A stretch of 62,538 nt of DNA, the filler included, from Nemertoderma westbladi (taxonomy: Eukaryota; Animalia; Xenacoelomorpha), in the NCBI GenBank assembly GCA_032718475.1. It is 3 parts of 3 records of this genome, joined end to end, with 100 filler letters (N's around TTAATTAATTAA, not from the genome) between each part and the next. Parts side by side here need not be neighbours in the genome. Positions count along the whole stretch, not along the records: positions 42,974 to 62,538 come from JAUCBJ010000899.1; 2 more parts are not named here. One strand, given 5' to 3'. Position 1 is the first letter of the stretch. Each line of letters starts with the position of its first letter. The notes under the pieces were generated by a model. It saw only the letters and a list, made by a program, of their open reading frames with translations. It did no database searches and was not told the DNA's origin. Shown here piece after piece: positions 43,753 through 55,415 of this stretch. The position numbers were made by a program, and so were the translations under genes.

Positions 43753-43854
43753 TCAGCCTTTACACGTGTACCGGTCTACCCATTCTGTGCAGTTATCACA
43801 GACGACTTGACAACACCATTTGAATACGCAGTTGCACATCGTAGTTTCTAACTC
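43753..43854 (-). CDS. Wnt: Wnt ligand, terminal exon (absent from the ORF track)
   Basis: Acceptor tttcag|, phase 0: ELETTMCNCVFKWCCQVVCDNCTEWVDRYTCKG*, the canonical Wnt C-terminal Cys pattern. Confidence 0.95.
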   Translation of the reverse strand, partial: ELETTMCNCVFKWCCQVVCDNCTEWVDRYTCKG

Positions 43855-45195
43855 CTGAAAATTCAATAAACAAATAAAAATAATGAAATATAATATACAA
43901 TATTACATAATACAAATCAAAGATTCTTTAACAGTAGTACGTGTGTCACGAAAATTGATTTGCCAGAAGGGTGGGGGGGGGGGGGGGGGTGACTTTCGAC
44001 GCAATCCGAAGTCACCCCTCTCCATGGGAATATCGACACAAATAACAGCTGATTAACTATAAAAAATAAGACTATGCCTATAACCTGTTCTATTGAGTTT
44101 CGTTTATTGTTTTGGTTTGAATAACGTGCCACTGTAACCTGATCCTTTCCCTAAATTTGTAATTTTTCATAGAGACCAAATATAAATTCGCCGAGATAGG
44201 ATTTCCGTAAAGTTTTCCCCTTTTCAATATTTATACTCAGACATGAGGAAAAAATTATGTCGAAAAAATTCAATTCATCAACATTGAAATCATAAAATCA
44301 ACCAACTAATATATATACCTACTTACTGTATTTTATTTTTTTTGGTTTTGACCCTGACTACTTTTAGGGACTTATATACCCATAATATAATACAATATTG
44401 GTACATAATATAACACAATATAACAGCTTAGCAGTTACTCAATGTAAGGCGTTAATGAATATTACACAGAAGCATCCGCTGTGGTTCTAAAGCAAGGGGA
44501 TTACTGTAGCTACATACAACATTCCATCTCGTAAACCGATCGATACAAAACAATGTTGTGTAACTGTATATTACAATTGTTGGTCTTGGAGTTATTACAG
44601 AGATGCTTTATGCTGAGCTACAATACTAATTAACTCTAGAAAATTTTAAGTATTATTGATGTTACTAAATCGATTTGAGTAACTACTTACCTACACTGCA
44701 GTGTATGTACTGTAGCAAGCCTACTCGTACAATATCATTAGAATTAACAGGCAGCTACTACATCCTTGGAGAAACACTGAACACGTATGTACTGCATACA
44801 CGTGTTAATTTAACGTATACGTGGTGTTTGGTGTAAAGATAACTTGTATGTTATATTCCTAACTAAGTTAATTTATAAAAAAAAATTGTAGTTTTTATAT
44901 ATAATAATGTTTAATAAGTTTATACATCGTTAGATATAGACAACTAAAATTTAAGTCAATGATTGACCCATATGAGTTACCACTTTCACCTGAAATTGAG
45001 TGTTTGCGGTCAGTTTGCGCCACTAACTCACAGCGAAACAACCTAACGAAGTTAGTAGGCCTATACAGTAACAGAAACGCAATACAGATACTGTAGGAGA
45101 AGAAAATACAGTTTAGTTACATTTAGTTACATCATTTAGTTACAATTAGTTACAGTTTGTCTCACTTCGATTCAACGTCCATTCTTTATGCTTTT

Positions 45196-45466
45196 AAAAA
45201 AGTAAAAGTAAATTTTCTTCGGCCGCTTGGCCAGGGATTACGCACAAAGTCTGACGACTTATTTCCAGTGCGATCCCCCCAGAACATTACTCCCCAGAGG
45301 AAACTCTAGTACTCATTTAGCTACCACTTAAGGATGCAAGGCAGAGATGAACCCTGGCTTGTCCCTTTAAAGCATTCGTGCCGAAACAAAAACTGCCCTG
45401 GCCCATGTAAGGATCGAAACCACGACCTACAGGAGATGTGAATTCAATGCAACCACTACACCAAGG
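45196..45466 (-). mobile_element. tRNA-derived SINE, second family
   Basis: TGGTGTAGTGG A box, GTTTCGATCC B-box-like, central GCCTTGCATCCTT..GTAGCTAAATGAGTAC, TTTAC-type tail. Confidence 0.75.
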
Positions 45467-45903
45467 TGGAACCTATTAGGACTTCTCCTTTGTGTTATTA
45501 TTCCTGTCTCGGTCGAAAACTACCGACCACCTGCCAACCCTCATCTGATCGTTGATAAAAAATGACAAAAGAAATTTATATGAATACAATTATAATCTTA
45601 GTTTTACCCTTTTAAGGCCTCTTGCTTAAAGTATAATGGACCTCGTTTGAAAAATTACACATGGTGTCATTTTTTTCCATCTTGTGAATAAATATAACAT
45701 ATAATAGAACTAAAATATTAATTTTAATCTACACCAGTATTCCAATTCCAATATTATACATAATAACTCTTCTTTTTCTATTGTGTATCTGTTAGGCCTA
45801 TATAATAAACCCATGATTGTCGCATAACATTATATACAAACTGTAACGCGCGTGTCATTAACTAGTCCGTAACGCGCACCAAGAGTAACACTCGTATCCC
45901 AAG

Positions 45904-46237
45904 ATGGCCTTTGACTTCGAAGATTGTGGTAAGTATTGCGGGCTGTCATTGAAGACATTTGTACGTCTTACCGCTATCACACTGGGGATTTACGCCGGTG
46001 TCATGTCTGTTCTCGGTGGCAACAAACTCTACCACGTCATCGAAAATATGGTGGAACAGCACGACGAAGGTAGGAGCTTCTCGGCCGCCATCAACGGCCT
46101 TATCACTGTCTTCGCCATCAACGTTATCATCTACATTCTCGTCATGTTCTTCTCCATCATCCTCCTCGTGGGTATTGAGTGGGAACTCCCTAAGCTTATC
46201 TACCCTTGGTTCATCACGGCTTTGGCTCTCATCGTGG
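45904..46237 (+). CDS. Four-TM membrane protein (LAPTM4/DUF4728-like), exon 1 of 3
   Basis: N-terminal Cys motif, hydrophobic helices, LLVG......LIYPW motif; phase-1 donor G|gtaagt. Confidence 0.82.
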
Positions 46238-46685
46238 GTAAGTTATGTAGTTTAAGGGCTATTTGCTAATGTAGAAAAGGCGTTACTATGTAATAATAGA
46301 GATATTATTATATATTTTTAAAGACATTTTAAGTTCATTTTAAGTTAAATTATTATTATTTTTTGTTATTTTATATTTATCGATCTACTGTAGAACAGAA
46401 ACGTTTCACTATAAAACATCTTAAAAAATAACTACTGGCTATTTTTAGGTATAAATCATTTCTATATAACCTGCTGGACTCAAAGAAACATTTACTAAAC
46501 GTATAGGCTAATAGGCCTATTATCTAATTAACAAGTTTCAAGTTTACTCATCAACAAAGAACAAATAAATATAACGACTCTTAAACTCCAGTAAAAAAAC
46601 CACCACCACGGTTAGTGAGTGATACGGAAGAAAATTTAAGCGAAGCAAGTGGGACACTTTCACAATTAAATAAAGGGCAAATATT

Positions 46686-47270
46686 TTAGTGTCGTTATGC
46701 CTAGGAATGCCTGCTCATGGTGAACAGGCAAGAAATGAACAGCTTAAGAAATGCCTGTTCACCACCATGGGTGATCTTCCACAGTAAACCATTCCACGCT
46801 GTTTTCTAAAGGCCTGTTCATCGCCATGGGTGATCTTCCACAGTAAACCCTTCCACTCTGTTTCCTAAAGGAATGCCTGTTCACCACCATGGTTGATCTT
46901 CCACAGTAAACCCTTCCACTCTGTTTCCTAAAAAAAATGCCTGTTCACCACCATGGGTGATCTTCCACAGTAAACCCTTCCACTCTGTTTCCTAAAGGAA
47001 TGCCTGTTTACCACCATTGGTGATCTTCCACAGTAAACCCTTCCACTCTGTTTCCTAAAGGAATGCCTGTTCACCGCCATGGGTGATCTTCCACAGTAAA
47101 CCCGTCCACTCTGTTTCCCAAATTACCTTGTTTCCCATTTATCGACTAGTATGAAGGAGTATGAAAGACAAGGTTGGGCTAGGCTGCAGCAATTAAAGCA
47201 CGGGGCCCAAACAGCGCTACCCCATCTAGGGATCAAACTAAGGCCTCATGATTAGAAAGCCTGGAATGTC
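46686..47270 (-). mobile_element. tRNA-derived SINE (family of 26776-27270) with ~6 tail units
   Basis: Reverse complement aligns by eye to the head, core, 63-bp units and 3' end (CAGGCATTCCT.GGC.TAACGA..CTAAAA). Confidence 0.85.
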
Positions 47271-47427
47271 ACAAATAAGCTGGATAGTATTTCAGGTGTT
47301 GTAAATTTTGAGAACCGTGATAATATACATACTGTAGCTAACTCTTAGTTATTATATCTACAATAAAACGTGTTTAGTTTGCCTTTAGTGACATTCTCAA
47401 CTTATAAATCTACGTCAATAATTCCAG

Positions 47428-47571
47428 GTGACTTCGTGCAGAAGACGGCGTTCTGGGGTTACATACCAATACCTGGAATGAACCTCAGCGAGAATCCGAT
47501 TCTCGTTCGGGAGAACTACGAACTCATCATCGAGATTCTAAGCGTTATCCTTCACGCTGTCGTCCTAATCG
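47428..47571 (+). CDS. Four-TM membrane protein, exon 2 of 3
   Basis: ttccag| ... G|gtaggt, phase 1-1, 144 bp: GDFVQKTAFWGY...ELIIEILSVILHAVVLI. Confidence 0.8.
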
Positions 47572-47649
47572 GTAGGTTGGTTGTCTGCTACTGTAGGCCT
47601 TTAGTCAGTCCTAATCGGTAGGTTGGTTGTGTGCTACTGTAGGTCTTCT

Positions 47650-48296
47650 ACTACTACTAGGATCGGCATGCTGCATTGCAGCTGTATTTTTAAGAATGCT
47701 GTGCCGGCTTGTCGAAAAAATTGCAAAAAATTGAAAAAAGGCCAGTGTCCTTTAAGATGCGTCTCAAGAAAGTCATGGGCTGTCCACCATGCTTATTCAC
47801 TCCATGGGGCTGCCAAAGCACAAGATTATGCACTGGCTGGTCCTCACGGCGAAAGCAATATCCTGCAAAGCGGAGGCGGCTTTGTTCTAGTGTCAAGCTT
47901 GGGGGAACCAATGAGACACGTTATATAGTGTCTGGTGTGTTCACACGTGTGGTCATATGTTATATAGTGTCTGGTTGGAGATGTGTGCATTGTACTTGAC
48001 ACAGTGAACCCGGCGCAGCATTCTTGTGAATGTGCCATCCAGAGACTTGGTACTTGGGTTGGAGTTAGAGCCCAGCATGGACTCCCATAGAGGAAACTTG
48101 AACTACTGCCGCTCTAAATAATCGGACCTTAAGTTTCCGATTAATTCTATGTGACTTCCAAATCCTGGAAAGATTATATTCAAGGCTGCCCAAGGAGCGA
48201 TAGACTGAATCAAAGGCCTTGAAGAAGTCAACAAAGATAACAGCCAGATGCCTGTCTTTCTTTTTTAATAACTCTTCAATTATCCTTCTAAGTGCC
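47650..48296 (-). mobile_element. RTE-like LINE, several non-contiguous pieces
   Basis: Blocks match ~55090-55415, ~54880-55080 and ~54210-54305, with internal deletions; (TAG)n tail near 47650. Confidence 0.85.
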
Positions 48297-48749
48297 TTTT
48301 TTCTTCAACACATTTGTCTGGCCTTCGGTTCGAAGTTAGCAAGATTAGCATACGGGTACCACTATTTAAACCGTCGCATTGTCGCCCTCCAGCGGTTACC
48401 TTGAGAACTGCTGACTCCCCTACGCATGTTTTAATTCAAACTTTTGATAGACGACAACATGGGTACCAAGTTCCGTTTAATTTCATCCAATATAGAGTTA
48501 TTATTCTTCACAAAAATTTTCCGAAAGACAACGGGTAAACTTTGGAACCCGCGTAAGCGAAAGCTCGCTTACTTCTAGCTCGTCCCACCTATTTTACTAT
48601 TAATTAATTCAGTAAATAATGCAATCAATTATTCTTAAGGTTAATTTTAGTGTTTTAACTTCAGTATTTATATCTTCAGTTTAATATCTATTGTATTAGA
48701 AACACTTTTATTTAATTAATATTAATTAAAAACCACTGGCGCGGCGTAA

Positions 48750-49040
48750 CTGAAAGATCTGGCCCCGAAGCTCGATAGTTTGAAGGCAGGGGGACCTTCA
48801 GGGTCCACATATACTCTGTTCGCGTACAGTTGTAGTTGGGCTCTAACATATCGAGTAATGTCGGAGCGAGACCGTTTAAAGCTTTTCACGTTAAAAGCGC
48901 GATTTTATAGTCTATCCTGAATGAGATTGGAAGCCAGTGCAATTACCGTAGCACTGGAGTTATGTGCGACCTGGGTCCTTGCCTCTTTATCAGCCGAGCA
49001 CAATAATTTTGTGCAATTTGGAGGCGGCTAAGGAGAGTCT
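48750..49040 (-). mobile_element. L2-like LINE ORF2 C-terminal relic
   Basis: SHITPVLR*LHWLPISFRIDYKIALLT*KALNGLAP. Confidence 0.8.
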
Positions 49041-49219
49041 GGGGGAGACCATACAACAAACAATTATTCATGTCAAGTCTTGAAACAACATGCGCATTGA
49101 CCAGTTTCGCGGTATTGTCTTCTAATAGATGACCCCGTATTTGTCTATTATCTCTGAGATGATAGTTTATGGATGATACAGTGGAGTTGACGTGTTGTCA
49201 ATTATTGCAGCAATAAGAT

Positions 49220-49267
49220 CAGCGCTACTGATGAGGCCTGTTAGGCCGAAACGTACGTATAGCGCTG
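49220..49267 (+). ncRNA. Minimal type I hammerhead ribozyme (Penelope/retrozyme type)
   Basis: Stem I CAGCGCUA/UAGCGCUG, core CUGAUGA, stem II GGCCU-GUU-AGGCC, GAAA, C-GUAC-G, cleavage triplet GUA ending at 49259. Confidence 0.9.
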
Positions 49268-49366
49268 TTTCAACCCACGGTGACGCGCTTTCTCTTTTTT
49301 TCCACTTCTGAACAAAACCATTTACATTACATCAGTAGAAACACTCAAATAATTATGATTGCACAG

Positions 49367-49533
49367 GTATGTTCCTGACCTATGTGTATTACACCGAGAT
49401 GGTCTATTACCAGACACCAGCCAGTCGGTTTGTGCGACCCCATCTGGAACGCAACGACGCGTCGGTTGGCCAATCAGAAATGGATAGAGGAACAATTTCG
49501 TATCCAGGCAACATGGATGATGATGACCTATAG
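49367..49533 (+). CDS. Four-TM membrane protein, exon 3 of 3 (spliced product 214 aa)
   Basis: gcacag| phase 1, open to TAG: GMFLTYVYYTEMVYYQTPASRF...GNMDDDDL*; completes TM4. Confidence 0.75.
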
Positions 49534-50383
49534 ACTGAATGCTTAACTTACTGGTGATTGGGGGTTACGGATATTATTATGGGGAATTGCTTAAACCTTC
49601 ATAGACAAAAATTATTTTTTTAATAATTTAATTTTAGAGTACACAGTTCTGTATTGAATATATTTGTGAAATGTTGAAATTTATGCCACTGCTACGAAAA
49701 CAAAATTAATATACATCTCTCCCGCCACACCCATAAAATATCGGATTAAATTAAAATAAATATACAGTAATGGCATTTATTTCGTTATTAATTATAACCT
49801 ACCATTTCTGGTTATTTCACTTAACAATTTCGCCATAATACTTTATCTTTGATTTAATAAATATGAATTATTGATTTAGTTTCGTTTCCTTTAGAAGACA
49901 TACAGTACGGGGGTTTAGGGAGTAGTTACTGCAGCTAGAAAGGTATAAATTTTATACTGACAGAATGTTTAAAAAGCATTATGTGATATTTAATTCGATA
50001 ACCTAAAAGCAATAAATAGTCTAGGTGTCTCTAATATCCACACAATATAGGCTATGAATATATCATAATGTGATATATTTCATTACAAAATATAAATTCA
50101 CTTTATTTGTTAAAATGGCTGATGAATACTTATCCTTCAATTTTCCTTATGTGAGATGGAAAGCAAGTTGGTTACCTTAGCAACGTTATTAAATCAATAC
50201 AATAAATGAATGTCAAAATCCCATGTTATAGTTTAATTTTAGCTCGTAATCCTGTACTATTTGCGTCGATTTCCCCTGGAGAGGGATGAAATTCGATTCC
50301 GCCAATAATAATAGTGCTCCCGTATCTGAATTATATGTAATTTTTTTTTCCGAAACGTATTAAATTAACATATTTTCACTAAC

Positions 50384-50608
50384 CCTTCTCATATTATGAC
50401 CCCTCCCGCAGCACATCACGTCGCATGAGTCACCGTCGGTGCTCGTTATGTTGCACCGTCTTCCGTTGGTGCTTATCGCGTTGTAATCCGAGATTCCCCG
50501 CGACTGCGATTGGTCTTCTAGTCTGGACACAGAGCCACAGTAAGTCGGTGACGGCTCCGTGTAGACCAACTCAGTGGTCGGCTGTCGTTGTCTGTTCATC
50601 TTTGATAC
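50384..50608 (-). CDS. Wnt: Wnt ligand, penultimate exon
   Basis: ELVYTEPSPTYC...GRRCNITS...CDVMCCGRGHN; acceptor ttaag|, donor |gttagt, phase 0-0. Confidence 0.93.
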
Positions 50609-50661
50609 CTTAACAAATAGAATACTTTAATAAATAATTAAAATAAATATAATGATATTTT

Positions 50662-50902
50662 TTTTAGTTCCAGAACACTGGCCAAAGGTTCCACAAACAT
50701 ATATATTCCATATTTAATCTAGATCTAGACTAGTAATTATTAATAATTGTTATTAATTTAATAATGACAGAGGTTAAAAACTCGTCCAATTAACCTCTGT
50801 CATTATTAAATTAATAACAATTATTAATAATTACTGATCTAGAATAAATAATATGGAATATATATGTTTGTGGAACCTTTGGCCAGTGTTCTGGAACTAA
50901 AA
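50662..50902. repeat. Near-perfect 240-bp palindrome (foldback MITE-like)
   Basis: Arms of ~115 bp TTTTAGTTCCAGAACACTGGCC...CAGAGGTTAA / TTAACCTCTG...GGCCAGTGTTCTGGAACTAAAA; 12-nt loop. Confidence 0.92.
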
Positions 50903-51196
50903 TAAAGAAGAAGAATGATATGTATAATAAACAGACCTTAAAATCTTTTTATTATGGTTGTCTGCTACACCCATGGATTGAATTCATAAAAAGGTTGACT
51001 GAACAATAAAAATATATATTATATTCATGCTATTTCGCTAAATTGATTGATTTTTCGTTTCGAATAACTTTTCTCAAAGTCAAACAAATTATATAGTTTT
51101 AGTGTCATTCGAAAACCATTAAAAATTTAATAAATAATTTAAAATTTAATATGTGACCAGTTGATGATTGAAACCCTTCTACTTACTATAATAGCA

Positions 51197-52420
51197 ATAC
51201 TATACTATACTATACTATACTATACTATACTATACTATACTATACTATACTATACTATACTATACTATACTATACTATACTATACTATACTATACTATAC
51301 TATACTATACTATACTATACTATACTATACTATACTATACTATACTATACTATACTATACTATACTATACTATACTATACTATACTATACTATACTATAC
51401 TATACTATACTATACTATACTATACTATACTATACTATACTATACTATACTATACTATACTATACTATACTATACTATACTATACTATACTATACTATAC
51501 TATACTATACTATACTATACTATACTATACTATACTATACTATACTATACTATACTATACTATACTATACTATACTATACTATACTATACTATACTATAC
51601 TATACTATACTATACTATACTATACTATACTATACTATACTATACTATACTATACTATACTATACTATACTATACTATACTATACTATACTATACTATAC
51701 TATACTATACTATACTATACTATACTATACTATACTATACTATACTATACTATACTATACTATACTATACTATACTATACTATACTATACTATACTATAC
51801 TATACTATACTATACTATACTATACTATACTATACTATACTATACTATACTATACTATACTATACTATACTATACTATACTATACTATACTATACTATAC
51901 TATACTATACTATACTATACTATACTATACTATACTATACTATACTATACTATACTATACTATACTATACTATACTATACTATACTATACTATACTATAC
52001 TATACTATACTATACTATACTATACTATACTATACTATACTATACTATACTATACTATACTATACTATTATTTTAATAATAATACTATACTATACTATAC
52101 TATACTATACTATACTATACTATACTATACTATACTATACTATACTATACTATACTATACTATACTATACTATACTATACTATACTATACTATACTATAC
52201 TATACTATACTATACTATACTATACTATACTATACTATACTATACTATACTATTATTTTAATAATAATACTATACTATACTATACTATACTATACTATAC
52301 TATACTATACTATACTATACTATACTATACTATACTATACTATACTATACTATACTATACTATACTATACTATACTATACTATACTATACTATACTATAC
52401 TATACTATACTATACTATAC
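51197..52420. repeat. (TATAC)n microsatellite, 1.2 kb
   Basis: Direct reading; two identical TATTATTTTAATAATAA interruptions. Confidence 0.99.
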
Positions 52421-53029
52421 TTAGGGTACTACCTACTATAGATACGACCTGGAAAGCTGCATACAGGGGTCAGGTAGTGTGTCCAGCGAAAACTAGCAAT
52501 CCTATCATTGTATAACCTTTACCTACTCCAACTATATCCACTATGGCGATGTGCATGGGCTTGATTAAAAGTCCCAGTTACCATGGCAACCGGTAGTTTT
52601 GCCATACCAACCATTGCTCTAATGAACTTGATGCAACGGGACCAACTCCTACCAACTATATCGACCAAAATAAATTTATTGATCATATTTTCAAGTCACA
52701 GTTACCACGGCAACCGGTAGTGTCGCTATGTAAACCTGCCCTGTGCCACTCTGCTTGTTTACGTAAACCATAACTTATTTTACATTTCATAGTCTAGAAT
52801 ACATATTAGATAATTCGTATTTATATTTTTCATTATTACGCTGATGTGTTGTTTTTACTATTTCAACTAATCATTTTTTGGAACAGTTCCGTATGCGGGC
52901 TCATTTTCTAAAAGAAAATTTATGAAATATATAGGCATATATTATAACTAATTATTTATAACTAAATTACCACCGTTGACTTATAGAAAGTGAATCTATA
53001 TTAGGCAAGGCATGGCTCTAGAACTTCAA

Positions 53030-53575
53030 TTGGAAAGATTGGAAGAAAAAAAATGTTGGAGTTTAATCTACCGTAGATTATCGAGACTGAAGAGCGCGCT
53101 ATTGAGTTTGCACAAAGCGTGGAGCTTCTCCCCCGAACTCTACAACCAAATTGGCAACCATCCCTACGTCTTTGTCCTTTTCCGCCTTTTCCGGGTTGTA
53201 CTGCGCAATCTAAAATTACGCTGGTGAAGGACAGGGGATTCATGCGGCTTGTTTGGGTTGCTCCGTTGCTAATAAGAACAAGCTGACAAGCGAACTGCAC
53301 GTTCTGGAACGTGGTTTGAGAAGAGTCGATTCGCGGTGTGAATGTTGGCATAACAAATGCCACCAACCCGTGGTCTGCTACCAATGGAACTGGGACCTAC
53401 ATACATGAAACCGTCAACCATTCGGTAGAGTGGGTGAGTGCGACAGGCACCCACACTCACGTATAGAGTCGATGTGGGGCCACTTAAAGACGTCAGTCAT
53501 CCGCAATAAGAAATGCACAACACCACAACTTATGGCCACCTGGCAGAATTTCGGTGGAGAATGTTAAATCGAGAC
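53030..53575 (+). pseudogene. Merlin (IS1016/ISXO2-like) transposase relic
   Basis: YIHETVNHSVEWVSATGTHT / IESMWGHLK / HLAEFRWR across frameshifts; not in the ORF track. Confidence 0.78.
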
Positions 53576-53579
53576 CGAC

Positions 53580-55415
53580 ACAGGAGCTAATAAACCAACA
53601 GGTTGATGCCATCAATGATGCTGACGACAGCAGGCAATCATCCCAGGCATGGAAATCGATCAACTTGCTTACTGGTCGGAAAAGCCAACCAACCACCAAG
53701 GTTAAGGCTGAATCACCAGCCGATCGCCTCAATGGTTGGAAGGCCCACTTTGAAAAGTTCCTCAATAATGACAGGGTATTGCCTGATAACTTTATAGAAG
53801 TAAAAGTGTCTGAGTCTGTACTCCCAGATATTCCCATTGGTGATATCTCCTTTGCAGAAATGAAGGCTGCTGCAAAGAGCATTAAGACCAATCGTGCCAG
53901 TGGAGTAGATGGTGTTCCACCTGAGGACTTTAAAATACCTCATCACCTCATCTATCCCATCATAGTAGACATATAGATGTACCGAACAACAAGAGTCCCA
54001 CAAGAAATGAAAACAAATAAGTTGGTGCCAGTTCCCAAGAAGAGCAACCCAATACTCTATGGTTCTTTTCGGGGAATCTCATTGATCTCGATTGCTGCAA
54101 AGTATACAATAGTATTCTATTAAATCGCATCAGGGATCCCATTGAGAGACTGCTACGTGGAAATCAGAATGTGTTCCGTAAATGTCGTGGGACCATGGAG
54201 CCCATTTTGGCACTTAGAAGGATAATTGAAGAGTTATCAAAAAAGAAAGACAGGCATCTGGCTGTTATCTTTGTTGACTTCTTCAAGTCCTCGGATTCAG
54301 TCTCTCGCTCACGTATGTTCAGCATACTTTCATTATATGGGATTCCTGATGAAATTATTGCAGCAATCAGATCAGTATACGATGGTTCGACAACATTTGT
54401 GTCTACTGTTGAAGGTGACACAGAACCATTTGAAGTGTTATGGGGCGTCCTCCAGGGAGACACACTTGCACCATTCTTGTTCATAATTGTGGTTGACTAT
54501 GTTCTACGCATGTCCTTAGAACATCATAATGATGATGGGGTGATGATAATTCCACCTACTATCTCCAGAAGTCGAGGAAATCCTGCTAAGTACCTAACTG
54601 ATCTAGACTTAGGAGTACTCTCAGAATCGAATCACTAGAGGGAGCCCAATGGCTCCTCAGCTCATTAGAACATGCTGTTTCTAGTGTTGGTCTTTTTATT
54701 AACTCCAGAAAGACCAGAATTTTGACAGTTAACTTTGAAAGTCCTCAGCAAGTCTCTGATCGGATGAGCATAAGCTCAAAGGATGGTATGGTTGAGCATG
54801 TGGACGACTTCTGTTACCTGAGATCATGGATCCGGAAGTCAGGTGAGGACCTTCGAATACGTAAGGGAAAGGCATGGGCAGCCTTGAATAGGCTTTCCAG
54901 GATTTGGAAGTCACCGAGAATTAATCGGAAACTTAAGGTCCGATTATTTAGAGCAGCAGTAGTTCCAGTACTCCTCTACGGGAGTCCATGCTGGGCTCTA
55001 ACTGCTGAGGACACCAAATCTCTGGATGGCACATTCACAAGAATGCTACGCCGGGTTCATTGTGTCAAGTACAATGCACACATCTCCAACCAGACACTAT
55101 ATAACATTGGAGGTGTCTCATTGGTTCCCCCAAGCTTGACACTAGAACAAAATCGCCTCCGCTTTGCAGGACATTGCTTTCGCCGTGAGGACCAGCCAGT
55201 GCATAATCTTGTACTTTGGCAGCCTCATGGAGTGAATAAGCATGGTGGACAGCCCATGACTTTCTTGAGACGCATCTTAAAGGACACTGACCTTAAAGAT
55301 GCGGATGATCTAGCAAATGTCATAGGTGATACGGAGTTGTGGCGGCGCAATTTTGTCGACAAGCCGGCACAGCATTCTTAAAAATGCAGCTGCAAAGCTG
55401 CATGCTGATCCTAGT
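53580..55415 (+). mobile_element. RTE-like LINE, 5'-truncated, RT to 3' end, frameshifted
   Basis: ASGVDGVPPE, FVDF.KS.DSV, GVLQGDTLAPFLF, LLYGSPCW, LRFAGHC; 3' end shared with three other fragments in the window. Confidence 0.93.

Noticed and set aside
54345-54352. Other CTGATGA/CTGAAGA matches as hammerhead partners (also 63-69, 53088)
   Set aside because: No stem II followed by GAAA or flanking stem I; a by-eye search could miss degenerate copies.
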